The position numbers were made by a program, and so were the translations under genes. Below are positions 36,535 to 50,300 of a stretch of 64,000 nucleotides of DNA, piece by piece (positions within the stretch are counted from its first letter, which is position 1; each line of letters begins with the position of its first letter). Below the pieces are notes generated by a model. That model worked only from the letters and a program-made list of their open reading frames with translations. It was not told the origin of the DNA and made no database searches. Origin of the DNA: Octopus sinensis (Eukaryota); assembly GCF_006345805.1 (NCBI RefSeq), contig NC_042997.1, positions 67,270,001 to 67,334,000 of the forward strand, given 5' to 3'.

Positions 36535-37884
36535 CTAATCAAAAGGCAAAAAATATTCATTGAAATTTAAGCTTTACATTGAAAATTGGAAAATCAAATT
36601 TGATTTTTTTTAAAATTTAAATTACTATATCATATTTTATTATAGAGCCCTGTATTAAGCAAAATTGTGTTAAAATTGAATTAAAATATTTCAAAATGCA
36701 TTTCATTATATTTTAAAACTATATGTATCATCATCATCATCGTTTAACGTCCACTTTCCATGCTAGCATGTGTTGGACAATTTTGACTGAGGGCTGGCAA
36801 ACCAGATGGCTGCACCAGGCTCCAATCTTGATAAAACAATTGTAATACTTTAAATGTTATTGTATTAATTTTTTTAAAATTATGTAGCATTAATTAAATA
36901 TTACATGCAATTTAAACATAACATTTAATGTAATGGTTATGTATTAATTAAAATACAATTTACTCATATGATTTAATGTATTTTAAACTGTAAAATAATT
37001 CAAAAGTAAATTATATTGCATTACATTATGTTAAATTAACTTGTATATTAATCTGAGACAAATTGTATAATCATCTACAGCTTTATACTATATGGAATTA
37101 AGTTAAGCAGATTTGTAGTAATCTCAATTGTTAAATATTAAATCTGTTACAGTATGAAATAGTCACATTAAATAGTATTAAACACTGCTAATATCATTCA
37201 AAATCCTATTAGATGAAGTTGTGTCACACCAAAACAATCAGAATTAAATTGAATCATGATCATCCATCATTGATGGAGACCAAGAAAGAAATCATGTAAT
37301 CTGTGGTCTGGGCACTGGAGATATGAACAAAAGTGCATTTCGCACCAAAAGCCAATATGAAAGTTTCTCTCATGGTATCTACCGTGGTATAGTTTGTTTT
37401 TTACAGAACATCCACGTTTAAGTGGGGAACAAAAATTAGCTCATTAAATCTTAATGCCATATTTGATAACTTAAGGCTCACAGCCAAATAAAATCCCTCC
37501 CCCACCAATTTCAGCAGAGATAATTAAAAATGATTTTTTGTGTATTTTATACAGCAAAATGTTTCTTGAAATAATGTAGCTATGATGCTGATGAAGCAGC
37601 AACACAGAAAAAAATAGATATACAATGCATGCAAGAAAAAGAGTCTTTTCAATAATGCTTTTGCTGTGATTTACAAGAGAAAATAAAAGCAGCTTAGCAG
37701 CAGACAAAAACAGTGACTAACAAAAGATAGCAATGATGATACTGAGCTATGCAGCAACAATGATTATAGTCAGTAGTTATTCAACACCATCTTGCAACCA
37801 ATTTCAAAGCTTCTTTCAAAAACTAAAATGAGTTTCCACGTAAAAATAAGATTGTGTGTCAGGCATGACAAACAAGAGTGAGAG

Positions 37885-38175
37885 TAAGTGGCTTAGTGGT
37901 TAGGGTATTCAGCTCACAATCCTAAAGTCATGAGTTCAATTCCCAGCAGCACATTGTATCCTTGAGCAAGGCACTTTATTTCATATTGCTCTAGTTCACT
38001 CAGCTGTCAAAAATGAGTAATACTTATACTTTCAAAGGGCCAGCCTTATCACATTGTGTCACGCTGAATTTCTCTGAACTACATTAAGAGTATAAGTGTT
38101 TGTGGAGTGTTCAGCCACATTGCACAAGTGGTTCCACAGATCAGATCAACTGGAACCTTCATTGTTGTAACCAAG
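37885..38175 (+). mobile_element. tRNA-derived SINE family C
   Basis: gtggcttagtggttagg (A box), gagttcaattccc (B box); homologous to 57330-57650. Confidence 0.85.
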
Positions 38176-38419
38176 TGTCATTTCTATGACAAACATTAAG
38201 AGATATGAGTACAGAAACAGTTACTACTTTTAAGAATTGGGTTCTGAATGAAACTGTTCATCTTAGGACAGCAAGCTTAATATTTAGGATAATTCCTCTT
38301 GACTAAAAGTGCTTGTAAAGGTAGCATCAATGATGGTGGTAGTGATGGTGGCTGGTAAATAATATTACAGCATAATGGAGTTAGCTACATAGAAATACTG
38401 GTAGTCTACTGTACTTGGG

Positions 38420-38650
38420 TGAACATTAACCTGCAGGATATCTAAACTTCCCTGTCCATGGACACAATGCTCCAACATCAGGCAACTGACTTGGTAGAGA
38501 CCTACAAGATTATCCACCATGTTTCCAACAACAAACTCCGGCACCTTTTTGAATTCCATATGTGTAACATTTGTAGACATGCTTACAAAATCAAAAAAAC
38601 AACACAGCACCCATGACGGAACACTACATCCTTCAAAACTTCCATCCTCC
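38420..38650 (+). mobile_element. CR1-type LINE 3' ORF2 remnant
   Basis: DLVETYKIIHH...LF...RHAYKIKK resembles the CR1 motif DLIETYKI...TRGHxYKL. Confidence 0.65.
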
Positions 38651-38980
38651 CTGAAATTTGCCAACAATACACCTGATGCCCCCCACCCGCCCAATTTCTT
38701 GCTTTTTTTTTTTTTTGTTTTTTAAGACCTATTCCTTGTTCACTTCCTATGCATATTCTGTGTCCTGTTCATACAGTTTTGGTTACTTTTTCTGATGAAT
38801 TGTAGTGCACCCGAGCACTGCACACAATAAGTTCATTATAACAACTTCACATACACAAACTAGGAGTATTTTCTGAGCCATTTGAGAAAGAAAGGTCAGT
38901 TTTATAGGTTATCAAATATGGTATACTAGATGAATAAAAATGGAATTATGACAACAATTAAAACAGCAGTAACAGCTTAC

Positions 38981-39109
38981 CTCAGAATGTGTAAGATAAA
39001 TAAGACGTTCAGTCCAAAATTCTTTTTCTTTACAGGTCTGTAAAGTTAAACCAATGGGACCATGAAAAATGATTTGACCTTTCTCTGTTGGCCAGTAATT
39101 TGGATATTT
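38981..39109 (-). CDS. PTPN23: PTPN23 exon (KYPNYWPTEKG...THSE)
   Basis: 129 bp, phase 0-0. Confidence 0.95.
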
Positions 39110-39414
39110 CTGGAAGATATAAAATACATTTAGTGAGTTTATCATTGACACAACTATAAATATCTGAAACAACAATCCATTTGATTCAATACATTATATT
39201 TTTATGGAAAAGCATTCTTTCTAATTTTGATGCAAGTGATGGCCATGTACAACGATGATGATGGTGAGAGTGGAGGAGATGATGATGATGAAGGGTGGTA
39301 GTTAATGATGATAATGTGGTGGTTGTGGTGAGGTTGGTGGTAGTAGCAATAGTGTTGTGTTGGTGGCAGCAATAGTGATGGTAGCAGTAATGCTGATGGT
39401 TCAGAGGATAAATA

Positions 39415-39449
<35 letters not shown>

Positions 39450-39588
39450 GTCACATTTTGAAGTAACTAGTGTCAGTCTAGTCAACATGCATCAACTCTT
39501 TTATTTTTTAATACATTAAAGATAATAAAGAAAATATTCCATTTTGGATGGTGATATTCATTATAGGAAGGATAAATAGATTGTTTAC

Positions 39589-39726
39589 CTTGCCTTCTTC
39601 AGCTTCACTAAACAGTTTCACTATAACTTCAGCACCTTGTTCATAGACCATAATCCAAAAGTCAACAATAGTTACATTCAGTGGAAACTGAGTAGCAATG
39701 AACTTGGGACAGGATAACACAAGTTC
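39589..39726 (-). CDS. PTPN23: PTPN23 exon (ELVLSCPKFIATQFP...DFWIMVYEQ...EEGK)
   Basis: 138 bp, phase 0-0; PTP motifs IATQxP and DFWxMVxEQ. Confidence 0.95.
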
Positions 39727-40259
39727 CTAGCAACAAATATTTAAAAAAATAAATTAAAATTCATAAATTACAGTCAAAAGGTTAACAGTACATCAAGAGT
39801 TGATTGCTTACTGAAGAAAATCTGTTAGAAAAGTCTTCATATTTTCATCTATTTATTACCATATCCAGAAGGGCAAAATATATTTAAGAAAAAGAGCAAC
39901 AAAAACAAAAAAAAAAACATATCTGTCACCATTTCAAATTCCAGCACAAGCTTCTTCCTTGCTCACTATCATTTTCATCATATGCAGATTTCAAATGTTT
40001 TCATATGTGGTACTGAATAGGTGGCATTATCATATGCATCTGCAGATGATGATATGAATAAATAAATTTTGCATTTTCCAAGGGATTTTTTCAGCATCCA
40101 ATCAAATCTCAAAGTGCTTTTTAAATATTTTAGTTAATGCATTGCTAACCTTTAGCAATCATTTCAACAATCAGAAATATACAAATACACACATCCACGC
40201 AAAAATACACACATGCACGCACACACATTATCCAAGTAATAAAATATAATTTAGCTTAC

Positions 40260-40324
40260 ATCTAACCAACTAGCATTAATATAATCATCTTTCTGGCTTG
40301 TTAACAAGACTCGAGAATCATCAT
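40260..40324 (-). CDS. PTPN23: PTPN23 exon (YDDSRVLLTSQKDDYINASWLD)
   Basis: 65 bp, phase 1-0; DYINAS motif; not in the ORF track. Confidence 0.95.
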
Positions 40325-40379
40325 CTGGAATATAGTAAAGATTACACATGTATAAGTTACTATTTGAAATTATCTAGCC

Positions 40380-40695
40380 CAAGGGTTCTCATCTAGGGTC
40401 CATATAAGATTTTTGGGGGATCCACAGATGCAATACAGTAAATTGGGGGGAGGGAGCATGGTAATTTTTCTGGGACCATGAAAAAAAATTTTGATTCAGA
40501 CCAGTAAAGTTAATGTGCAAAAAATTGGTTATATGTCCACAATACACAAAATATTTTAATTAGTATACAAGTCTTTAAATACTTAATTATAAAAATACAA
40601 TAGGACTTTTTAAACATCAAATGACTATGGGGGTCCGTCCAAGTAAAATAGGAATCAAAGGGTTCCATAGGTAAGAAAATAGTTGAGAACCCCTG
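40380..40695. mobile_element. 316-bp hAT MITE with an 8-bp TSD
   Basis: TIRs CAAGGGTTCTCA / TGAGAACCCCTG; flanks atctagcc / atttagcc (one mismatch). Confidence 0.85.
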
Positions 40696-41259
40696 ATTTA
40701 GCCAATTATTTTAGTGTTACACATGCCAGAACTCATTCTATTCCTAACATTATTTATTGCATTCTTTTAGTAATTAGTTGTTATTTGAAAGGTTTTTAGA
40801 ATTTTATTTAAAAACTAGAAGTTTCTTAACTGCCTATACAGTTTCAGAGTTAGATAACAATTCCAGAATGAGCATTTATTATCATGTAGTGATGTACTCA
40901 TAGCTTTCCCAGTGTAAAACATGTAAGAGATCAATGTATTTAATGACATCTCTTTAGGTATCCCTTTCTAACATGGACTGAAGTACAGTTAAGATCCAGC
41001 ATAATGCAATGCCTACTTGCAATATACAATAGATGGAAAAGGGAATATAGACACAAAGTAGGCATTTAGCTTATTGTACACTTCAGATTGTAGGCTCATG
41101 TTAAACATCTCAAAACTATCTGTAAACAGATAATAGCACAAATTTTTCTTAGTTTCTAAAATGGTTTGAGGGTTGTATATAATAACTCCAGGATTTGTTT
41201 TACAAGTCTCTGAATAAGAATTCAAAAAGTTTGGATAATTTATAAAACAACCATTCAAG

Positions 41260-41480
41260 CATGGTCATTGCCAATGCCGCCTGATTGGCTCCCATGCCAG
41301 TCGCATGTAAAAAGCACCCACTACACTCTTGGAGTGGTTGGTGTTACGAAAGGCATCCAGCTGTAGAAACCTTGCCAGATCAGATTGGAGCCTGATGCAG
41401 TCTTCTGGTTTGCCAGTCCTCAGTCAAACCATCCAATCCATGTCAGCATGGAAAGCAGACGTTAAACAATGATGATGATG
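41260..41480 (+). mobile_element. RTE-type LINE/SINE 3' tail
   Basis: ggcatccagctgtagaaacc...catggaaagcagacgttaaacaatgatgatgatga. The same tail occurs at 47040-47225 and 57050-57225, and reversed at 36725-36830. Confidence 0.8.
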
Positions 41481-41936
41481 AGTACAAGTCAGCTGATGTG
41501 TACAAGAGAGATGTAAACTGGGTGTCACCAGCTGACAGTAAAATTGCAATGGAAGAATATCTACGATTATGGAAGATGAAGAAACACATAAGAAGCAATG
41601 ATCTCAGGTCTAAGGATGTTAAACCCTAGAGAGTGCTATTAAGTTAGACATGGCCTGGGCCTATACTGGCCGAAAGTTTTCAAAGTAGAGATAAAACGAC
41701 ATAGGCTGATGCCTAAATAATGTTGATGATGATAGTTACGGAAAGGAATGTCACATGTAGTAACTTAAAAAAATATTTCAGGTGTCCTTTAATTTGCAGA
41801 CAAATATGCTTTGCTATAAAAGAAAAAGAACCAGCATAATATTTATGACAGGTAAGACTATATGACTATTAAAAGACAGGCACCTTATCTATTTAATTAA
41901 GGGTTTTTAAGTAGTATATTGAGAAATCATGCTTAC

Positions 41937-42033
41937 AAGGCATAATATCTGGGTCTCTATTCTTCATTGCATCACAGCGAGCTGCAGCCATAGACCGTTT
42001 CCGGCTATCCTTTTCTTGTTCATCACAGAGTTC
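41937..42033 (-). CDS. PTPN23: PTPN23 exon (ELCDEQEKDSRKRSMAAARCDAMKNRDPDIMP)
   Basis: 97 bp, phase 0-1; start of the PTP domain (KNR motif). Confidence 0.95.
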
Positions 42034-42579
42034 CTGCAATTTGAAAAGTAATACAAAAATGAAAAATAAAAATAAATACAAAATCATAAAAGTATTAACA
42101 AGTACTCTATGCAGCAGGTGTTCTTATAAATCTGGAAAGAGTTTCTGAAGAGTCATTTATTATTAATCATGGGATAACACAATACTATTGATATTAACCA
42201 TCTCATCTCTTGTAGCCCATGACAGAATTTGAACTTAGCACTTTGAAATAAAAAAAACCCTTCACAAATTTCTGCAATGAGCTGTGCTACTTTAGAGTAT
42301 TCATTTACAAGAACCCCTTAAATGAAGAATAAGAAGTTAAGCAAAGTCTATAGTACCGTTCCAGTCGTGGTTGTAGCTAATTCAGTCCACTTATACTACT
42401 AATATCCTTAAATGTGAACATTATATATTACTTTGCTTCCGATAAATTTATAGACCAAGAAAAAAATCCTTAATCTTTAAATGTAACTATCACCAAAAGA
42501 ATGATATTCTGAAATCATTATTCTTCTGCCTTATGCTTCGACAACAAAATAGATACAAATATAAGAGCACAAAGTATAT

Positions 42580-42970
42580 GTGCAGACATGGCAGAGTGGT
42601 TGAGAAGCTGGCTTCCTAAACATGTAATCTCATATTCAGTCCCACTATGGCACCATGAACACATCTACTATAACCTCGGGCCCATCAAAGTCTTGAATGG
42701 ATTTGGAAGATGGAAACCAAAAGAAGCCTGTTGTGTGTGTGTGTATATCCCTGTCTTGATGTCATGTGATGATTGTTAATGAGCATCACCATCATATAAC
42801 TGATGTTTGTTTGTTTCCTGTCTTCCATGAAAAACTTGTCTGATTATGGGAAATATTACCTTGCTTGGAAACATGTGAAGGTTGGTGACAGGAAGGGCAT
42901 CAAGCTGTAGAAAATGTGCCTCAACAAATTCCATCTAACCCATAAAAGCATGGAAAAGTGGGAATTAAAA
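42580..42970 (+). mobile_element. SINE family B variant
   Basis: tggcagagtggttgagaagc head; diverged body with a (TG)n tract. Confidence 0.65.
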
Positions 42971-44940
42971 GATGATTAAAATGTTTAAGGAGATTCAATA
43001 TAATTAATAGTAAAACACTTTACTATTTTCAGTTTGTATTGTGATGGTTGTATTAATAGAGTTGCCTTATGAAATTATTGGTCATTTTTGATTTTATAGG
43101 AAATTTACAAATTGGGCAATAACCACCTTTGATCTATTCATATAGCACTGGAATATAAATAAGAGAAATGTCAGAAAGATATGCAATGGGAACTCTATCA
43201 TGGAGTCTTTATATTATCAGTACCAAACTTAAGTTATAATAATAATAATAATGAACTTATTATATACAGTGCTCAGGTGCATAACAACTCATCAGAAAAA
43301 GTAACCAGAAGAGCATGAACAGAGTATACATAGAACATACACAGGAAGTGAAAAGTGAATTAAGTCATTTAAAAAAGTTGGGGGGGAAATCAGGAAGCAT
43401 GGATACTTTGAAGGATGTAGTGTCCCAGCAGCAAACAACTGATGGGCGTAGTTTATAATAGGTGCTTTTGTTTTTAACTGTTTGTTATATTTTCTCTATT
43501 TTGGTAACAAAGTCACTTTTTTTTTAAATCTAAGATATCAATCATAAAGATTCTAAAATATGAAATACTATGTTGGAACACTACTACTTATGTTAGATAT
43601 CTGACAATAGCATCTCACTGTACTGATTAGCAAGTATATGTTACTTCCATCCTGGAAACAGTTTGATTAGAAAAGATGTCACCCAATACTTAAAATAGAC
43701 ATCTAAATATACTTCAATCACACTATAGAATTAACAATGTTAAACCATATTACTACCATTCTCATCAAGTCCTATAACCAAACAGCATCTTACAGGACAA
43801 TCTTCATTGAAATGTCTTTTTTTATACAACAAAAACAGTGATATAACCCAAAAGAGTGACTATTAATTAGAAACAATACATTTACATTCAAGTAGCTAGC
43901 TTAGATCAGTAGAACTCAATAATTGGTAGGCCAGTTCCCTAATTTTACTGAAGAATGTTTTGAAAGTTATTTTAATGGCAAGCTAAATTTTGTGCAGTGG
44001 TTTTATCATCCATATTTCCTTGTACTATTTCATCCATTATCTGTCTCCCTTCAGATAAAAAGTGTGGATTAGTGCCCTGCCTGTTAAATTTTTATGGAAA
44101 TGGCTAAAGACAGGGATTTACATAATAAAATCCTATTAGACCTTGGTGAATTATCAGTCATGTCTCTGCTCATTAATAAAATGATGTCATATTTTAATCC
44201 TGACAAAGATTTTTTTGAAAATAAGTTTAAAATATTGTTTAGATGTCTTATTTCTAAGAAAAATAATGACCCCCCCCCCTCTAAACACTCAGTACCCCAA
44301 TAGCATCCCCTTGACATTTCTTCCTAATTGTGAACTCACAAACACCCCTAAGTGAGCATTACCACCTCAGTTAAGAACCACTGGATTAGCAGATTCAGAA
44401 ATGAAAAGTATGAATTGGTGCTAATTGTTGAGGATTTTTATAATCTTTCACAGCTATAGACATCTTTCATCTAATTAGTCAATGTGTTGTTATTGTTGTT
44501 TAGTCCAAATCCAGCCTTGATGAAGCAGAGAAATGAACAAAGGCATTCCAACCATGGCCATCCCATTTTTATTCAAACAACAGATCTTGCACTAAATGGA
44601 CTATTTTCCAAAATTGTACAATGTGATTTGAGGGAGATCTGGCTGCTATTTCTTGCAGATCAAAGAACCACAGAGAAGCTCTCTCACTGGCTCAACCATG
44701 GCATATTTTACAAAGACTGACCAGCAGTCTAAGCTCTAAAGCACAATTTTAACTAATCAATATGCCACTACTCTGAAGAAAAATTTAAAAAACTATTAAA
44801 TTTATAAATATACTTTCTTCTGGATGTATGAGTTAAACAAAGATGGAGAAGATGCAAACAACAAGTTGTGTATTTACATCCACTAGAATAAGAATAGGAT
44901 AGGGAAAATTCAGAGAGTTTTTACTACTGTTGGCAACCAA

Positions 44941-44974
<34 letters not shown>

Positions 44975-45069
44975 CCAAATGACAGGAAGATTGTATGATG
45001 CATGTATATGAACAGCAATACTATATGGTAGTGGGACCTTTTTTTTACACACACACACCACACACACAC

Positions 45070-46255
45070 ACACAGAAGTAAATAGACACCCTTGTAATTG
45101 TTAAAATTTAAGTCTGAAATTATATTTTCAAATTATTTATTATAATGTGAATATGTAATATTTAGTAGACAAACCCTTGGCATTTTTCAATGCGAGGACC
45201 CTACTGGGCATGCTAGTGATCAGATGATGAATATTCTCTTCAAGAATTTCTTCCAAGTTTCATGCAGTAATCTCAAAAGATATGGCTTTGAGGACACTTG
45301 TTCTTTTTACGAAGTTTCCTGCTTATTATGCCCCACAGGTATTCAATAGGATTCATATCTGATGACTAGCTTGGCCATGGAAGCTTCTTGATGCCATTCT
45401 CTTCCAACCAATTCTGGGTCTGTTAGCCGTGTGACAAGGAGCTTCCATAAAGTGTCTTCTTCAATCACTTCACCACTAGAGAAGATTGGGAGGACTCCCT
45501 TCTGCAATATGGACACATATTTGAGTTTATTTCCTTCACGCTCCACAAGCTCTGATCAACTATTTCTCCAAATTGCTCCCCAGACCATGACAGAATAGCC
45601 ACCGTGTTTCATTGTTGGCTGCAATCTTTTCACATCAAATTCTTGACCACAGAATCTCCACACCCACACTATTGCTGTCAGAAAATACAACAAATCTGGA
45701 CCCATCAGAGAATATGACAGTGTCCCAAAATGCTAGTGGCCTCTCCACCATCTCACTGGCCCAATTTCTTCATTTGATATTGGCTTGTCGAAGAAGTGGC
45801 TTCCTTCTTGCTGCTCTTCCATAGTAGCCAAGTTTGTGGAGATACCTGACAGCTGTTCAGGGACTGAAATCAACTTGTTCCACTATATTAGAGGCCTTGC
45901 AACAATGATTATCCTCACACTTAGTAAAGAGAAAGGTCCTGTCAGAGGGCCCTGGTTGCTCTGGGCAAGGTGATGTGGACTCCTTCCTCTCTCTGGTGAA
46001 TTGCACAATCACTATTAACTATAGAAAGTGGGATCCCAAGGTTTTGTGATTTTACACTGGCAAAATCCACCTTCAGATTGACTAACAATAAGGCCTCTTT
46101 GAAATTTGGACAGTTCTAAGGCTTCTTTTACATGTGGCATGATTAAACAGTCACATATAGAAACTGAACCATATGTCAATTAATAAAAAATATATACCTT
46201 TTCAAGTTGAAATAAACATAAAACGATGTTTTATGGGGTGTCTATTTACTTCTGT
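45070..46255 (-). mobile_element. Decayed Tc1/mariner (Tc1 DD34E-type) transposon with both TIRs
   Basis: TIR cagaagtaaatagacaccc (45071-45089) / gggtgtctatttacttctg (46236-46254). Minus-strand motifs [17 protein letters not shown] and WPS*SSDMNPIEYLWG. Confidence 0.85.
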
Positions 46256-46699
46256 TATGTATGTGTGTGTATATAAGACAGAGATAGAGACAGAGAGAGC
46301 TGCAAGATAGGCAGGCAGTAGATGATTTATTAAAATACACAACAAGGCAACACTAAAAGGTGAACATGTCAGCCAAAAACTGTTCAGTTTACGCTTGACT
46401 TTATATCAGGTGATGCTTATTATGCAACTTCTTAATTACAACAACAAAGATGGAGGTGATGGTGACTGTGGTGTTAATAGATGCAGTTGGTTGTGGTGAG
46501 GGTGGTGGTGTGGTGATGATTGTGCTGGTGTGTGGTGATAAGTTCATTGGAACAATGATACCAGACATTTGTTGATTGTATACTGGGTGGAGGGAGTAGT
46601 ATTAATGGTGTTGGTGATAGGGACAGTGGTTGCAGAGGACATGTGAAGGCTATAGAGGAATGGTGCTAGTATGCTCTGGTGAATGTGAAATGTAAGTGT

Positions 46700-47225
46700 A
46701 CATGTGCAACAGAGTGCAGGTGTATTGGAAGGAAAGTTAGGTGTAAGAGGAATTAGATACAGTATGCAAGATAGAAGACTGCTCTGGTTTGGTCATGTGA
46801 TGAGGATGGATCTAGACAGCTGCATTAAGAAAAGCCAATCACTCAAAGTGGATGAAATTAGTGGAAGATGGAAACCTAAGAAGGCATGTGGCAAAGAATT
46901 GAAGGCCAATCTTAGGATCCTGAACCTTAAGGAAATGACAAAAGACCAAGATATCTGGTATCTTGCTGTACTCAAAAAGACCCCCATAACCACAGCAAAA
47001 TTATTAATAATCTCCCACCCCCAGCTAAAGAGGGTTTTGCCTTGATGTGCCCTTGTGCCAGTTCATGTAAACAGGAGCCAGCACACATGGTAAAATGGTT
47101 GTTGTTAGGAAGAACATCCAGCTGTAGAAATCAAGCCAAATTAGGCTGGAACCTGGTACAGCTTTCCAGCTTTGGTCAAACTATCCAACTCATGCCAGCA
47201 TGAAAAACTGATATTAAACGATGAT
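46700..47225 (+). mobile_element. RTE-type LINE 3' fragment
   Basis: LGVRGIRYSMQDRRLLWFGHVMRMD...GRWKPKKACG (resembling RRLRWFGHV...GRPRKTW), followed by the tail ending gatgatg. Confidence 0.85.
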
Positions 47226-48745
47226 GCATTAATCTTTGAATAGTACATCATTTATATATAAATGTATTTATAAACATCCATATATAATAAATTCATAAAT
47301 AAACATCCTTTGACTAATGTATGTATGTGTATTCTTTGAATAATCTCATTTTAATAACTAATTTACTTTTTTTTACATTTACTGTATTTAAAAAATCACA
47401 TTACTGAACTGAATGGTAAAGCTTCCCCTCATCAACTGACTTCAAACACTCACTCCCCAGCCGATTCTTTCTGGATCTTCTTTCACTATCACAATGTTCT
47501 CTACATTAGCTAGAGAAAACAATATTTTGCCTGTCTTCCTGTGTTCTAAACTCCACATTAAACAATCAGCCACTTTACTTTCTGTATATTTACCAGAATA
47601 AAGTATTGGCTTCCTTTTCCTGTGCTAAAATATATATAAGAGGAATTTAGTCAATTCTATCAACTGCAGTTTATTTACAAGAAATTATGAAATGATAATT
47701 TTTTAAACTTTTAAGCTCATCTCAAGAAAGGAATACATTATTGATATAATTCCAGTAAACAATCAGTTTTGGAAGGGTTAAAACTCTGCATTAAAAAAAA
47801 AAGCAGAACATAACTTCAAACCTTACTAATCACAATAGTACATAGACACTTATGAAGTAGATATTAAGATATTTCCTGTAAAAACAGAATGTAGTCAATT
47901 AAATCACAGTTAATACATTTTAACATTCACTTTCCATACTTACAAGGGTCAGATGGAATTATTTAAGGTATACTTTCTACAGATAAATTACCCTTCCTAT
48001 TGCCAACCCTCACCTGTTTCCAAACAAGAGAATATTTTCTCATGGCAGGACATGTTTTCATAGATAGGATACAAAAGACATTTCTTATATGATGGCAACA
48101 CTCGTTTACAACTATTATTGCACTATGTCAAGAGAGACAGAGTATACACATACACACAATGGGCTTCTTTGAGTTTCAGTTTACCAAACCCAGTCATAAG
48201 TCAGTCCAAGGCTATGGTACAAGACATGTGCCCAGACCACCAGTGGAACTAAACCCAAAGCCACATAATTAGGTAGCAAACTTCTTAACAACACAGGAAT
48301 GCCTGCACCTACATTTTATTGGCTCTAAAAGAAAAGTTCACTCATCTGTCTGAGCCATTTCCAGCAATAATTATCAAGAATTAAGGACACAAACATAATT
48401 TTAAAAAAAAGGAGCTAAATATTTAAAACTGAAATCAATTAATCATATAAAATAATATATAATCAATATAACAGAAAAGACAGAACAGAGGCATAATTTA
48501 CTGTAATTAATTTGATACCAAACTTTTCTGAATTTAAATCTTTGTGGAGTCAATTTTTTCAATAATATCTTTGATTCAATTCTATAGAAAGTAGTAATAG
48601 ACTGGAGTTAACTTAATTATAATCTTATTTGTCAAGCAAATCAATATGATCAATATGCATAATATTATTTACCATATAAAAAATGCTTTCCTATCATATG
48701 AAAATATCAAAATGTAAAAAGATTTAAGAATAAAGAGATAATTAC

Positions 48746-50214
48746 TTTCCAAATAGAGTCAAGAGGACTTGGTCCATTTAGGGTAGGTTTAGAAAGTCCT
48801 TGAACAACTTTCTCAAATTTCTCTACTTCTATCACAAATTTATCAAGAGTTTCTTTGTCCTGGTAGGGATCTTGTTTCTGAGCTAATTTCATTGCATTGT
48901 TTTTGATGGCCTCTTCTTTTTGCTGTTGAATTTCTTGTGGTGTAAGTACTTTAGGTGTAAGAACAATGTCTGCTATTGTTGTCTCTCGTACGTTTTCAGG
49001 GCTAGAAGACAAAATATCATCCAGAGATGAAACAGTTGATCCAGACCATTGACGACTTAGTTTGGGAGGATTTAGGATATGTGAAGAAACTTGCGTTGCT
49101 GGTTGAGATTGAGATGTGGTCACAGACTGCTTGAAAGTGTGTTGAGGTGATGGTTGGCCTGGGCCAGAAGTTTGAATGTTTGAGTTTTGAACTGTTGTAA
49201 ATTGTGGTTGGATAGTGACATTTAGATCAGCTGATGTAATGATAGTGGATGAAGGTGGAGTGTACTGAGATAATGGTTGCTGAAGATGTCCTGCACTGAC
49301 ATCAGAAAGAATCTGATTGCCAGACTGCTGTTGAGAAGAAGGTCCTTGAACTGAGCTTGTAGCCATTTGTTGAAGGTTGCTCTGTTGTTGGCCAGAAGTA
49401 ACTTGTTGAGTGTGAGCAGGTTGTAGATGGCCTTGTGATGTTCCAGATGTAATCTGTTGCTGAGATTGGTTCTGTAACATATTCGGGTTACTCTGTTGTG
49501 TTGGCTGTCTGGGTAGTACCCCTTGTTGAGCAACAATTTGCTGGGGATGGCTGGGTGTTATTCCAGGTTGCATTTGTTGCTGTTGCAATGGTGGAACCTG
49601 TGTAGTCATACCAGGTAGATGTTGCTGTGAAAGTGGTGCCACATTTGTAGAAAGTTTCTGTTGGAAATTTGGATCCTGTTGTTGCTGTTGTGGTTGCACT
49701 GTAGAAACTCCAGTCATTCCTTGATTTGGATGTGACTGCATTACCCCCATCGTATTCTGTTGCTGCTGAAAAGAGCTTTGAGTAGAAGGTGGCTGGATCT
49801 GTGAAGTTCCTGATTGTAATTGCTGCTGTGTAGCTTGGTTTTGTTGAACAGGTGATGGCATTCTAGCTGTAGCCATCTGCTGAGAATGATCAAGAATAGT
49901 TGGTTTTGCTGCTTGAACTGAATAAGATTGAGAGTAAGGAGTTTGATGTGAAGATCCTGCAAGGATCTGTTGATTAGCTGTCATTTCTTGAGAGGGTGTT
50001 TGGTTATAAGTGTGCTGAGGAGAACTTTGGGGTACTGCTGGTGATTGAAATCTAGAAGAGATAATCTGTCCTGGTTGAGGCTGACCTATCACTTGTTGGT
50101 GACTTAGACCACCATACGATTGGTTGGGTATCCACGTCTGTTGTGAAGGAGCTTGCGGCTGATTTTGCTTCCATTGGTTAGGAATTTGTGGAGGTAAACC
50201 TGGTGGTTGTAGAC
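48746..50214 (-). CDS. PTPN23: PTPN23 large Gln/Pro/Ser-rich exon ending EVEKFEKVVQGLSKPTLNGPSPLDSIWK
   Basis: 1469 bp, phase 1-0; the end resembles the HD-PTP segment preceding the PTP domain. Confidence 0.93.
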
Positions 50215-50300
50215 CTAAAAAGCAAATATTAAAAATTATTTGATATGTATTTAATTTTTTAAACAATTCAAAAAGTAAATTGTCACAGACATTACTTTAA

